Assembly: GCF_018977255.1 (NCBI RefSeq)
Contig: NW_024704743.1
Location: 77,686,001-77,750,000, forward strand
Direction of reading: 5' to 3'
Length of the DNA: 64,000 nucleotides
Source: Callorhinchus milii
Taxonomy: Eukaryota
Below the pieces are notes generated by a model. It did no database searches. It was not told the origin of the DNA and saw only the letters and a program-made list of their open reading frames with translations. The position numbers and the translations under genes are program-made. Positions within the stretch are counted from its first letter, which is position 1. Each line of letters opens with the position of its first letter. Positions 50,383 to 61,975 of this stretch are shown piece after piece.

Positions 50383-51559
50383 TCACATTTACTATGTTAA
50401 TAATGTTCAGCAGTGTTTTACTTGGAGTTCTTCAATGTCTTATCTGAAAATCCTAACCCTAGGATTCCACTTTGCTTCCATTTTCTGCCCAATATGAAAA
50501 AAATCTTCCAGGGTGCCTTCAGCTTCTTTTTGAGCATCAATCCAAGTGGGAGTTACCAGTCTTTGTGATTCCTTATGACTGTAAGAGTTTAAGGGTGCCT
50601 CTAGCTCTCTCTCTCGAGTGATGCGATAATGATTACTGATGATAATCATCACTTTCTCAGAATTTGTGGTTGAAAACAGTTGATAATTAACATTTACTGT
50701 GTATGTAAGTGACTTCCCTCCCCACTCTCTCCCCTTCCCCAAGTTTAACACAATGTTTGGTCCTGAAACTACTACACGGAATTGCTGGCTGCAGAACATG
50801 GCATTTGAGTGCTGTTTCCCGGAATAACGATTCAACAAAAAAATCAGAGTTAAACCAAAAATCAGAGTATCCTGCAAAAATGACATGTAAATACATGCTC
50901 AGCTGTCAACAACTTTCCTTGGTTAGCCAGTGTCTGACACATACCATAAAAGTTCCACATAGATGCATGGAATTTTTTCCGTGTCTGGAATGGAATGCAC
51001 CTCTCCTTGGAGAGCCGCACCTTGCTTAGCTAATTTGGGAGAGTATCAGGTAAAGAATGGTGAGGCTTTTGGTTGAACATTGTAAGGTGTGCCAAGGCTT
51101 GGAGATGATCTGAGTGTGCGTTGGGGTGCTGCTGGAGTTCAACCAGCTGTTGTGTTCTGAGGTACAACCAGAATACGACCAGCTTATTCTTTTTAGCTCG
51201 CTTTAAGTTAAAGAACCCGAGAACAGAGGACCCAAAGTCACTGAGCAATTTGTGCTTTAAAGTATCTTTACTTAATAAGACATGTAAAGTTTGTTAGTTC
51301 AATGTTCACAATACAACAGACAGGTCAATAACAATGCCCATATCAAAGTTACAGAATCGGTAGTTGCTCAATCCATAAATCATTCAAATCTTTGCTTCTT
51401 TGGTAAAGTTAGATTATAAATTCATAAACAGCAGGCAAAAGTCTTGCATCAGACAAAAAGTCTCTTGCCTCAGACCAGAGATCTCTTGTCCGTTGATTAA
51501 GAAGTCAAAGTTGAATCTTCAATGGTATAACAGCTGAACTGTGTTCCTTTGCTTTACGT

Positions 51560-51876
51560 GAAGTCCTGTAGCTCAGTGGTTAGAGCACTCGCTTTGCAAG
51601 TGAGTAGACCTGAGTTCAATTCCCAGCAGGGCAAAACCGTGGGCAAGTTTCCTTACTCCACACAGAGCCTAATAATAATCCCTCTACAACACAACAATAA
51701 TAAATTGGTCATTTTCAATCCATGACTGTTTGTGGGACACTGCTGTGCGCAATTGGCTGCCGCGTTCGCCCACAAATATACAGTCAATTCACTTTACAGT
51801 ATATTCTGTGAAGCGCTTTGGGACATCCTCCCGATGTGAAAAGCACTATATCAAATGCAAGGATTATTATTATTAT
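51560..51876 (+). mobile_element. tRNA-Ala-derived SINE, short subtype, full length
   Basis: As 3877-4189. Confidence 0.93.
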
Positions 51877-53413
51877 GATTTGCGATTGTGATTTGTTATT
51901 ATTCCTCTCCTCCTGTTGCTGTCCAAAGCTTTCAGCCACTCTCTTAGTTTCTTCTACAGTTTTCCTTCTTTCTGAGATTGTTGGAATCAACAAAAGTTGA
52001 TGGAACAATGGAACAGTCCAAGTCTGACTGCTTTTTACCCCGAAGAAAGTACACTTGCTTTACCATCTCAGATCGAACAAGAGGGGTGGCTCCTGTATGG
52101 ACAGCACCTGATCTGACTGCCCTAGACTGAACAAAGTATAGTTCAACCATATGTCTTTCATAATTCGCATTCCACAGTCAGGATGAGAGTGCAAAATCTT
52201 CCTCTTCTCATTTCCTTGAAGCAAGTATGCCATGTAGAGCACGAAAGCCATAATCTGATAAAACTGCAGAACTGTTATAGAAAAATATCTTCAACAACCT
52301 TCAGCTGAAATAAACAAGTCAGTTTGACAATTTTCTAGTCAACACAAACATTTCTAACCAGGAATTAAAATAGTGTTTTACTACACATGTTATCACGTAT
52401 TCACAATTTCAGTTATGAAGCAGATCACAACAGAGCTAAAAATGCATAGCTTGCCATTAAGAGCATTTGTGATCTATATAACATCACACTTTGCATTTTA
52501 TCACCCTGCTAATTTTTTGGACACTTGTCCAATTTCATCTTTGGGGTGACATTTGCTCAGGCCACTATGAATGATCATTTAAGCCGTTTAGCAATCTCCC
52601 AACCATAGCATTAATATAGTGGTGGAAATATGAGCAGACCAATGTTGAGAATTAAGCAGATCAAAGCAGCTAATGAGGACACACTGTCAATAACATACTT
52701 TTCAACACCTTGGGATCTCCTCAGCACCTTGGAACCTCCTCCTGATGTGGAAGGCGCTTTACAAACACATTCTGTTTCATGTTCTTAAAACAACTAAACA
52801 GGCCAAATAGCATTGAACAGAAGGTAAGTGCATCAATGCAGCTGTGGTGTTCCAATATTTGGAGGCAATAGAACAATGCTAAATGCAAGGTAACCACAGT
52901 AGGACAAGAAAGTTGGTATTCTAGTTTAGCATAAGCAGAACAACTTTACAATAATCCATGATATGTGTTATGCTCTCAACAAACAATGTGTAGAAGACTC
53001 TTTTATTTCAACTCACCAGTTACTGAAATCTAACAGTCACACCAAACAACCTCTACTCAATTCTCCCTGCTTTCTTTCCCTCACGATACGCTCTCATTGG
53101 TCCTAGTCAATTGGTCCTTATTTATCAATTAGTATCCAACAATATGCAGAAGAGCTTTTTGTGAAATAGATTGCTTTACCAAGTTCACCTTGGTTGGGGT
53201 TATATTTATGCATCACTTGTCATATCTCCTCCAGTTTGATGTGAAAGTGTCTTGCATTCAGAACTAGTTTGTAACATGAACCCTTTAGATTTCCACTTTC
53301 TTTTATAAGTTAATATTGAAGTAGTGACGCTGGGTAAAGTGATGATAGCGACTATGAAGGCTTGATAGGGGGATATCTTCCAAAGAGAGCTTGATAAGCA
53401 CATGGATTAATCA

Positions 53414-54876
53414 TAGGTTCAGATCGTACCTCTCACATCGCCTGCACTTCATCTCCTCCAATGGCTTCTCTTCTAGGCTCTAGACCATCTTGTGCGGTGT
53501 TTCTCAGGGCTCTGTCCTTGGTCCCCTCCTCTTCAACATCTATATGCTCCCCCTTGGTGACATAATCCGCAGACATGGGGTCAACTTCTACATGTATGCG
53601 GATGACACCCAACTGTACTTCCCTAACTCCACCCTTGACTCCAGGGCCACTGCTGTACTGACAGAATGTCAGACATCAAGTCCTGGATGAGAGCTAACTT
53701 TCTTCGGAGTCCTGTAGCTCAGTGGTTAGAGCATTCGCTTTGCAAGCGAGAGACCTGAGTTCAATTCCAGGCAGGGCGAAACCTTGGGCAAGTTTCCTTA
53801 CTCCACACGCCTAATAATAATCCCTCCAAAACCAAAAACAATAATAAAATTGGCATTTTCAATCTACGACTGTTTGTGGGACATTGCTGTGCGCAATTGG
53901 CTGCCGCGTTCGCCCACAAATTTACAGTCAATTCACTTTACAGTGTGTTCTGTGAAGCGCTTTGGGATGTCCTTCCGACGTGAAAAGCGCTATATCAAAT
54001 GCAAGGATTATTATTATTATTATTCAGTTGAACGTCAACAAGACCGAGGCTTTCCTGATTGCCTCCTCACCTCAGGCGCTGACAGTATCACCATCCATGG
54101 TTGCACACTCAATCTTGCTAAGCCAGTCCGGAACCTTGGTGTCTTGTTCGACTCTCAACTATCCTTTCTACCCCACATTCGTGCCATGACCCGCTCTGCC
54201 TTCCCCCACCTCCGCAACATCGCCCGGTTCCGACACTTTCTGATACCGCAGGCCGTCGAAACCCTCAAACGTGCCTTCATTACTTCGAGGCTCGACCATG
54301 CCAACTTACAGTTTGTTGGTCTCCCCAACTCCTCCCTCCACAGGCTGTAGATCATCCAGAACTCTGCAGCCATGTCCTCTCCCGCACTACGCTCTGTGAC
54401 TCCATCACCCCCATCCTTGCCCCAACTCCACTGGCTTCCCATCACACAGAGGATACAGTTCAAGATCCTGGTCCTCATCTTCAAAGCCCTCCATGGTCTT
54501 GCTCCCTCCTACCTCTATGACCGCCTAACTCCCTAGCATCCTGTTTGCTCCCTCCGCTCAGCAGGCTCTGGCCTGCTTCATGTCCCCTGCCTTACTCGCT
54601 CCACTATCAGCAGGCGGGCCTTCCGCCACTCTGCGCCCACCCTCTGGAACTCCATCCCACAGTTCCTCCATCTCACCCCCTCCCTTGCCACCTTCAACAC
54701 CCACCTCAAGACCCTCCTCTTCAATCGTGCTTTCGATCTCTCTGCTTCCCCCTCTGCCCTCCCCCCTCCCCTACCCTGACCCTCAGCTCGGGTCCGTAAC
54801 TCTGTTTGTCCAGCGCCTTGCGATGTCCTCCTGACGTGAAAGACGCTATATAAATGTCATTTTGTTGTTATTGTTC
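53414..54876 (+). mobile_element. 5'-truncated L2 LINE (RT to 3' tail), split by a SINE
   Basis: [22 protein letters not shown]...YADDTQLY; WMRANFL|QLNVNKTE across the SINE; VRNLGVLFDSQLSF; AFITSRLDHAN; LHWLP; KTLLF; tail (GTT)n. Confidence 0.95.
53706..54024 (+). mobile_element. Young tRNA-Ala-derived SINE, short subtype, inserted in L2 ORF2
   Basis: Perfect anticodon-like stem ctcgc/gcgag around tttgcaa; CpGs intact. Confidence 0.95.
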
Positions 54877-54879
54877 ATA

Positions 54880-55235
54880 GGCAAATTAAGTTAAATAGAG
54901 ATAAATGCAAGATACTGCGTATCGGAAATTAGGAGGCACAAATTCTCCATAGACAGGATAGGACTTGCTAAGTCCTGGAAGTTGAAAGAGATCTGGAGGT
55001 GCTAACTGATTAATTGCTCAACATGTCAAAACAGTTTGATGCTGCAATAAACAAGGCAAATAGCATGCTGGGCTATATTTAAACTGACTTAAGCTCGGAT
55101 AAAATCAGTGGAGTTCAGATCTTTAGAAGTCGTGGCCAATGGCCAATTTATAAAGGGTTCTAAAGGCAAAGAGCAACAACAATTAATGAACAATATCGAG
55201 GGATGTGATATGGGGAATAATTAGATGAGCTAGGA
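54880..55235 (+). mobile_element. Decayed CR1 ORF2 fragment
   Basis: gataaatgcaag (DKCK), gaaagagatctggaggtg (ERDL.V), aaggcaaatagcatgctgggctatatt (KANSMLGYI). Confidence 0.75.
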
Positions 55236-56339
55236 CACTTCGATCTTAAAAAGGGACCTTTCAAGGGCGAACCTTAATGAGATATTTGTAGGGGTGGATC
55301 CAGATTTTCCCCTGGGCGGGTCTGACCTGCACCATTTATGATAAAAGTGAAATGCTGGAAAAGCCTCAAAAATGTTAAGAAATGATAAAATTATTAAAAA
55401 CCAAGGGTGAAATGTTAAAATAATAATGATATCAAGTCTAAAAACTTTAAAAAGTATACCAACTATACACAAAGTATTCACTGAACGTATTCTCAACAGA
55501 TTCACAATGAGAAGGAAACTAGCCTACATGGGTGTTATCTGATAAATTTATCTACAACTTGATCAATATCTACATTCATACATATTTCACATATATTTGA
55601 ATTTCCCACTGTGTATAATGATGCCGGCATCAGTGTCTTTATAGACCGTGGGAAAAGTTGATCCACTTGGGGATACGAAGCCTATGGAATCTAACAAGGA
55701 AGTAGAAGCCTTGTAGATCATTGAAGGTAAGATTTTTGCATAGTGGCAGTAATGCTATTGAAGCTCTATATTTGCTTTTGGCATGAATACTATTGTTGAC
55801 AACAGAAGCAATTTTGAACTATAGTTTGTGTAGATATTTATATGAAATTATTGATATTTATATGAGATTATCTGTACTCTTGGCAAGTTTTCAAGATCTT
55901 CTGATATTTTGGCTAGAGTGCAATAATTACAGAAGGGAATGAATAATTATATCCTGCTGACAGTTAAACAAACCATTCACACCTTCATAATGAGCAGTTA
56001 TAAACATTTTGGCAATCCATGCTATGTGGGTGCAGTATATGCATTGCATCAGTCCAGCTAAAATATGGGTGTATAAAATACATAGCCAACTTAACTTTTT
56101 TGACGGAGAGCTAGAACATTGGCCATTCAGGACTGGTTTCTGATATCGGAGATCATTACCAATCAGACTCAGTAGATTGTCAGAGTTTGCTGATCAAGTC
56201 CCGTCACAACAAAGCAATAGCTGTTGAACTTGATGGAGGGATGCTGTGGTAGATAAGAAGGAGCTCAGGCCTATTGATCATAAGGAAAAGATGGATAACT
56301 CAAAAGCACAAAGATCTCAGAAAGCAAAGTGTTCTAGTT

Positions 56340-57300
56340 CGCAAGAAAGCAAGAGGCTTAAAACAAACAGCGTCAATTGGGGTGTATGCATTGTACCCTG
56401 AGGTCCTTGGAGAGACAAGACAGGAGATTTATGTAACACCAATAGACATTTTAAGAAAGTCAGTAACCACAAGTGAGGTTCCAACAGATTGTAAGCAAGC
56501 GAGTGTGGTTCCTGTGTTCAAGAAAGCTCACAAAACTATTCATGGCAACCATAGACCCATAAGCCTGACCTCAATGATTGGAAAAATAATTGAGTTAATC
56601 ATCAGAGAGAATATTACCTATATAAAAATAACCTAATAAATGACAGTGAGCATAGATTCAAAAGGGGTAACTATTGCTGACTGTAGACTTTTTGGGGCAG
56701 GTGACGTCCCAAATTGATTGTGGGAAATCATTTGACAGTGTATCTAGACTTCGAAATATGTATGGTTGACAAATACAACTCAAAAGATTCCGTCACAAAC
56801 TGATGTCACTGAGTATTGAGGGCAAGTCATGGACAAGAAATTTGCTAATGGGAAAAAAGCAAAGGATAGTTGTTAGGAAAGCTAGGTCAAAATTGTGGGG
56901 GTGTGAGAGTATTAAGTGAGGGGGGAGTGTCTGTACTGTGACCCCTCCAGTTCCTTGTACATATTAATGACCTGGAATTGCAGACCTAGTGCAATGTAAT
57001 TACATTTGCAGATAACACCAAATTTTTTTGGTGGGTGACTATGGAATCAGAGGAGGTAGCAAAGAGCTTACAAAGATAACTTGATATTGTAGACACTTGG
57101 GCTGATGATTGGCAAATGAAGTTCAATCGAGATAAATGCACGGCATTCAATGTGGGAAGTAAAAAATAGGAGTTAAGTGTACTTGTATGGGACACAACTT
57201 TACAAGGGGAAAGCTGAAATAGATCTTGTGCTGTTATTTGACTCATCCCTCACTATGTCAAAACAGCGTAAAGCAACAATAAAGAAAGCAAACAGAATAC
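56340..57300 (+). mobile_element. Decayed CR1 ORF2 (RT region)
   Basis: EVPTDCKQASVVPVFKK...GNHRPISLTSMIGKIIE; YINDL; FADN; WADDWQMKFNRDKC. Confidence 0.88.
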
Positions 57301-57311
57301 ACTTAAACCAC

Positions 57312-58082
57312 AGCTAGGATCTTTAATGTCACCTGAGCAGACAGATGGGACCGTGGTTTAAACTCTCATCCATAGGATGGCACCTCCGACAACTCGCTGT
57401 TTGGGATGTCAGCATAGATTATATGAGTTCCAATTCCAAGATGACGCTAGAACCCACAACCTTCTGTCAGCCCAGAATGTGATCTCAAAGTCCTAATGTG
57501 GGGTTTGAACACACCAACTTGTTAAGTTATTTGACTTTTATCATGATAAATTAGTGCAAAAGTACTGGAGTAAAATCACTTTAATCTCAGGTTGAAAATA
57601 TGGTTTTCCTGAGAGCAACTTGAAGTACATCACAGGGATCTGGAGAAGCTCCACTCTCTAAATGTAGATCAAGGTGTCAGCCTAATTAAGTTAGTAGCAC
57701 TGTTGCCTCTGAATCAGAAGGTTGTGGGTTTGAGCCCATGTCAGAACTAGGAACTCACGTGGACTAAACTTACACTCCAATGCAGTGCTGGGGGTTATTG
57801 CATTATTGAAAGTGCCGTTCTTTGGATGACACGTTAAACTGGGGTTTCAACTGGGTATTCAAGTAAATGGCACTGTTCAAACAGAGAAAGGAATCCTGAC
57901 CAACAATCCCGCAACTAAAACTGTTCATTCTGTTTATGGCTGTTTGTGAGACATTTGCTACGTGCAATTTGTATTTGATGACAAATACACCGTCACTGCA
58001 CTTTACAGTAAAATTCTGTGAAGCACTTTGAGACATCTCGACAATGTGATAAGCCACTATATCAATTACAGGGATTATTATC
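57312..58082. mobile_element. Two old Deu-SINEs, head to head (57312-57520 minus; 57690-58082 plus)
   Basis: gcagacagatgggaccgtggtttaaactctcatcc; ttgcctctgaatcagaaggttgtgggtttgagccc...ttggatgacacgttaaac. Confidence 0.75.
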
Positions 58083-59254
58083 ACTTCAGAGTGAGTTTGT
58101 GCAGGATGGCATGGCATACTTTCAGTTATGATCCAGGAGCTGCTATTTGCGAACTTGCACAAATTAAATACAATATTGTGGTTGGAGGTCTCTTTCAAGT
58201 ACTTACCTCTCTTTTATAAATAAACCAGCAATATTTGCTATCTTTTTAAGTAGGCTAGAATCCTTCTTTAATATTTCAATTTGCTGAAATAGGTCTTTCC
58301 TAGAGGCAACCTGCATCAGTGTTTAGGTGGCCTGGGTACTGTGGATTTCATGTATTCTGGCAGCTATTCTTGAACCTGCATATCTGCCCCCTCTGGGAAC
58401 TTACTCCCTTTTTTTGTGTGATTTGGTTCAGATGCCGGTTCATTCATCCCAAATTATTTCATAAATTCTGGAGCTGTGTAATCACCCTGAACATCTCCCT
58501 TATAGTTCAATGATCTTTGTGAAACCTTCAGAATCTGCTAAATATGGATATCCATTGTGTATTCAAATCAAATCAAATGGACTGAAATCCTTTCAAAATT
58601 GAAAATAGAACACGTTTTAAAAGGAACTTAACATTTTACCAATTAATATTGATCCAGCACCTGAGCCATTTGATTCTCAAAATATACATTTGCTACAAAG
58701 TACACCTAGGGCAGTAAATTGGAAAATGAAAGTTATTTAGTAGATCCTGGTACCTGTTTATGCAGAGGTCAAAAAATGAATAAATGGATTGTTGTACAGC
58801 GGAAAAGACATTTGTAAGAGGTTACTTTTGACAAAGATTTCGTCCTATAGAAAATCAATGGGAAAGATCCAAAAAGTGCAAGCTTGCTTCCAGTGCACCT
58901 GCTTTACAGTAGAGTATTACTTGGGTATTGACCAAGGCTCAATTTCAGTCCATTCAGTTTTAAAGCATGGCATTATTTTCTCTGATGTTTGCAATTATAC
59001 ACAATGAGCAAAATACTGAAATTATTCTGCTTCTAACATGTGTCAGAAATTTTCATTTGTTTTGCTTAACATTTTACAGTTCTGAGTGTACTGGATTGAA
59101 ATTCCAGTAGACAAATAATAAAGGTGTGAAGTGGGGAATCAGATTATTTTACCTCTAGGTGAGAAAAGCTTTCAAATTACTGAGGGAGACCACAAAGGTA
59201 AACAAAACATGATTTGGTGTCCAGCGCTATTTTGAAATTAACCCACATTATCAC

Positions 59255-59460
59255 ACGTCTTCCCAGAAATGGGAGATCAATTCAAATTTTCAAGACTGAG
59301 ATGATAGCGTTTTGTTAGATAATAATATCAAGGGATATGGCACAAAGGCCATATCCCTTGATATAAATGGAGTTGAGGTACAGACCAGCTATGATCTAGT
59401 AGAATGGCAGAACTGGCTCGAAGGACTGAATGGTCTACTCCTGGTTCTGTGTTCCTATAA
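59255..59460 (+). mobile_element. CR1 3' end with an internal micro-inversion
   Basis: aagactgagatgatag...ggagttgaggtacagaccagctatgatct...ggctcgaaggactgaatggtctactcc. Confidence 0.85.
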
Positions 59461-59878
59461 CTGGGGGCCTGCAAAACCCAGAAACTTCTGAGAATGCAAG
59501 GTTTATTTCAGAGGAAAATGGTGCACAATTGGGGCAGTATAAAGGGACATGAGGAAGGCCCGACCTGTACCACCAGCTAGCGGTGGAGAATAGTTCGATG
59601 TTTGTCACTTATCTATTGGTCTTTTTCTTTGTGCTGCATGCTCAGATTTTTCCAAAGTTATGTGGTGTTCGCCACCACCCCAATGCATACTTTACCAAGG
59701 AACAATAGATTTCAAACAAAAACAAGTGCTAACATATCACAGATTTCCATGTAAAATTAATATGTATAATAATACGTATATGTATAATATGTACAAGAAA
59801 AAGGTGGGGTGGGAAGAAATTTAAAACACACCATATAAAATGCAAAAAACATTCAAAAGATAATAATAAGCTCAGCTC

Positions 59879-60200
59879 GGAGTCCTGTAGCTCAGTGGTT
59901 AGAGCACTTGCTTTGCAAGCAAGACACCTGGGTTCAATTCCAGGCAGGGCGAAACCTTGGGCAAGTTTCCTTACTCCACACGCCTAATAATAATCCCTCC
60001 AAAAAACCCAAAAAAACAATAATAAATTGGTCATTTTCAATCTACGACTGTTTGTGGGACATTGCTGTGCGCAATTGGCTGCCGCGTTCGCCCACAAATA
60101 TACAGTCAATTCACTTTACAGTATATTCTGTGAAGCGCTTTGGGACGTCCTCCCGACGTGAAAAGCGCTATATCAAATGCAAGGATTATTATTATTATTA
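59879..60200 (+). mobile_element. Young tRNA-Ala-derived SINE, short subtype, full length
   Basis: As 3877-4189. Confidence 0.95.
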
Positions 60201-60380
60201 TAATAATCCATGCATTTAATATAGCACCTTATCACGTCTTCGAGATATCTCAAAGCGCTTTGCAGAATATACTGTAAAGTGAATTTTAAGTGCTCTGTGG
60301 CACTGTCCGCCGTGGAGGGCACTATATAAATCCAAGTTGTTGTTGTTGTTGTTGAATTAACTGTATATTATGTGGGCAAA
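60198..60380 (-). mobile_element. Antisense SINE 3' part with a nested L2 tail (60287-60353)
   Basis: ataataatccatgcatttaatatagcacc...gtaaagtgaatt | gagggcactatataaatccaag(ttg)n | gaattaactgtatattatgtgggc. Confidence 0.82.
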
Positions 60381-61070
60381 GCATTTATTTTCCTTAACTG
60401 CTCAAATGGTTGCTTTGAAAAGATTTCACTGAATGTAAGTTAAATATCCATATTTGACAGATTCTGAAGGCTTCACAAGAATCATTGAACTATAAAATGT
60501 TGTGAAAGTACAATTAAATTTACCCTGAAACATTATCAAATGGCTTCACAAATGCTAAATATCATGAATAAGAACTGCTGCTATTTTGACTTTACAAATT
60601 GCAAATTTAAGAGTCAGAATATGGATTCTAAGGAACCAAGTTTTAGAACCCCTGAAGCCTTAATTAAGTGGAATGTGTGCCCTGAGTACTGATGTCTTTT
60701 AAAGCACTCTTAGCACCTTAGTGGAGAGTTTTCAGGCAGAATCCATTCTTGAAAGAGCCTTCACTGTAACCAAGACTACAGCACGCACTGCTTTGCTATC
60801 TGTGTTGTAGATTGGTTCCACCTCAACTTGAAAGTTTAACAAAAACTTCCATCTTTATTTTGTTTTCTTTATAGCTTAAATAAAAAAAAGTGCGGATGAT
60901 GTTCTTGTCTCGTCAATTCCATCATCATCGGCTTGTTATTCTGATATTGAAAATGATTTTCATAAGAAAATCTTCCAAAGAATAAGATTTTAGATGCAAG
61001 TCCAACCTGTCTATTCAGTCTATTTGTCTTACGAAGTTTGCTTCCAACTAATAACAACTGGTTCTGTAAC

Positions 61071-61175
61071 ATAATAATAATCCTTGCATTTGATAGAATG
61101 TCCTTCATGTTGGGAGGACGTCTCAAAGTGCTCCACAAGATATATACTGTAATGTGTAATGATTGTGTGTTTTTT
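61071..61175 (-). mobile_element. SINE 3' tail
   Basis: ataataataatccttgcatttgatag...gggaggacgtctcaaagtgc. Confidence 0.8.
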
Positions 61176-61809
61176 AGATGGCTGAGGCATCTAATTTCCA
61201 CACAGCCAATGTCCTACAATCAGCAACAAGGAAAGTCTCCTCGAAACTCGGAGTTGGATCTTCCATTAATTCAGCATACCGGAGATCCGACTCAATCGAT
61301 CATTGCAAAGTCACTGCAAGTTGCTCTGGTAATGGTCAACACATGCGTCTTCCACACACTGCAAGTATTGCGGTCACATCAAGATGTGTGCACATGTGTG
61401 AATCGCCATTAGAATTTGTTAGCCTTTGCTATCAAAATAATGGTAGTAGAATGGTGAAACAGAAGTACAATCTCAGGTAATTTTCAGACACATTTCCTGG
61501 CTTCTAGTACTATTATTCGAATGAGAGAAATCACTAAAGGAATTCTATAGGTGGTTCATGCTTGTGTGATGTCTTGACATTAACAAAGTACTTACATGAT
61601 ATTAGGGTATTTGCATCTGTGTGGAATGTCATCTGCCATGGGTGGACTGTGAAGGTCTAGAGATAATGTACATATGCTGGCTATACCGAATATAGGGACA
61701 TCTGGATCCATAGTGCGAAAGCAGAATTAGAAACCTCTGTCAATCTGCTTAAATTAGGATCTCTACGATAGTTCAATAAAGTACAACAAAAAGGTAACTC
61801 AAATGACAA

Positions 61810-61975
61810 CTGCAGGCTTGAATTTTTAAACTGTGCTAAAACATATCTTGTTCCTTCAACAACTCCTAACTTTCTACAAAGCACAAATGTATTTAATATT
61901 TCACTGCCAGTATTGCATCTGGAGAGGCTCTGCTGGCATTTCTCTTATACACTTGGACAAGATTCAAGAAAAAGA
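61810..61975 (+). mobile_element. Ancient non-LTR RT C-terminal fragment of a lineage different from the other CR1/L2 copies
   Basis: Frameshifted translation RLEFLNCAKTYLVP/QQLLTFYKAQM...QYCIWRGSAGISLIHLDKIQEK follows the CR1-group pattern LG.L.RA..YF.P.QLL.LYKAQ.RP.LEYCS..W.GA....L..LD.IQ.RA. Confidence 0.55.

Noticed and set aside
51880-52120. Minus-strand peptide KKLREWLKAL resembling a THAP domain
   Set aside because: Multiple stops and no C2CH spacing or FP motif; too weak to call.
53784-54350. Recurrent ORFs ending ...[15 protein letters not shown] or containing [16 protein letters not shown] (13444, 15613, 44031, 48184, 53784, 59908)
   Set aside because: Chance reading frames through the same SINE, not a gene family; the 188-aa ORF is a SINE-L2 read-through.
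55288-55320. aggggtggatccagattttcccctgggcggg, similar to a hAT terminal sequence
   Set aside because: No matching opposite end or 8-bp TSD found in the window.
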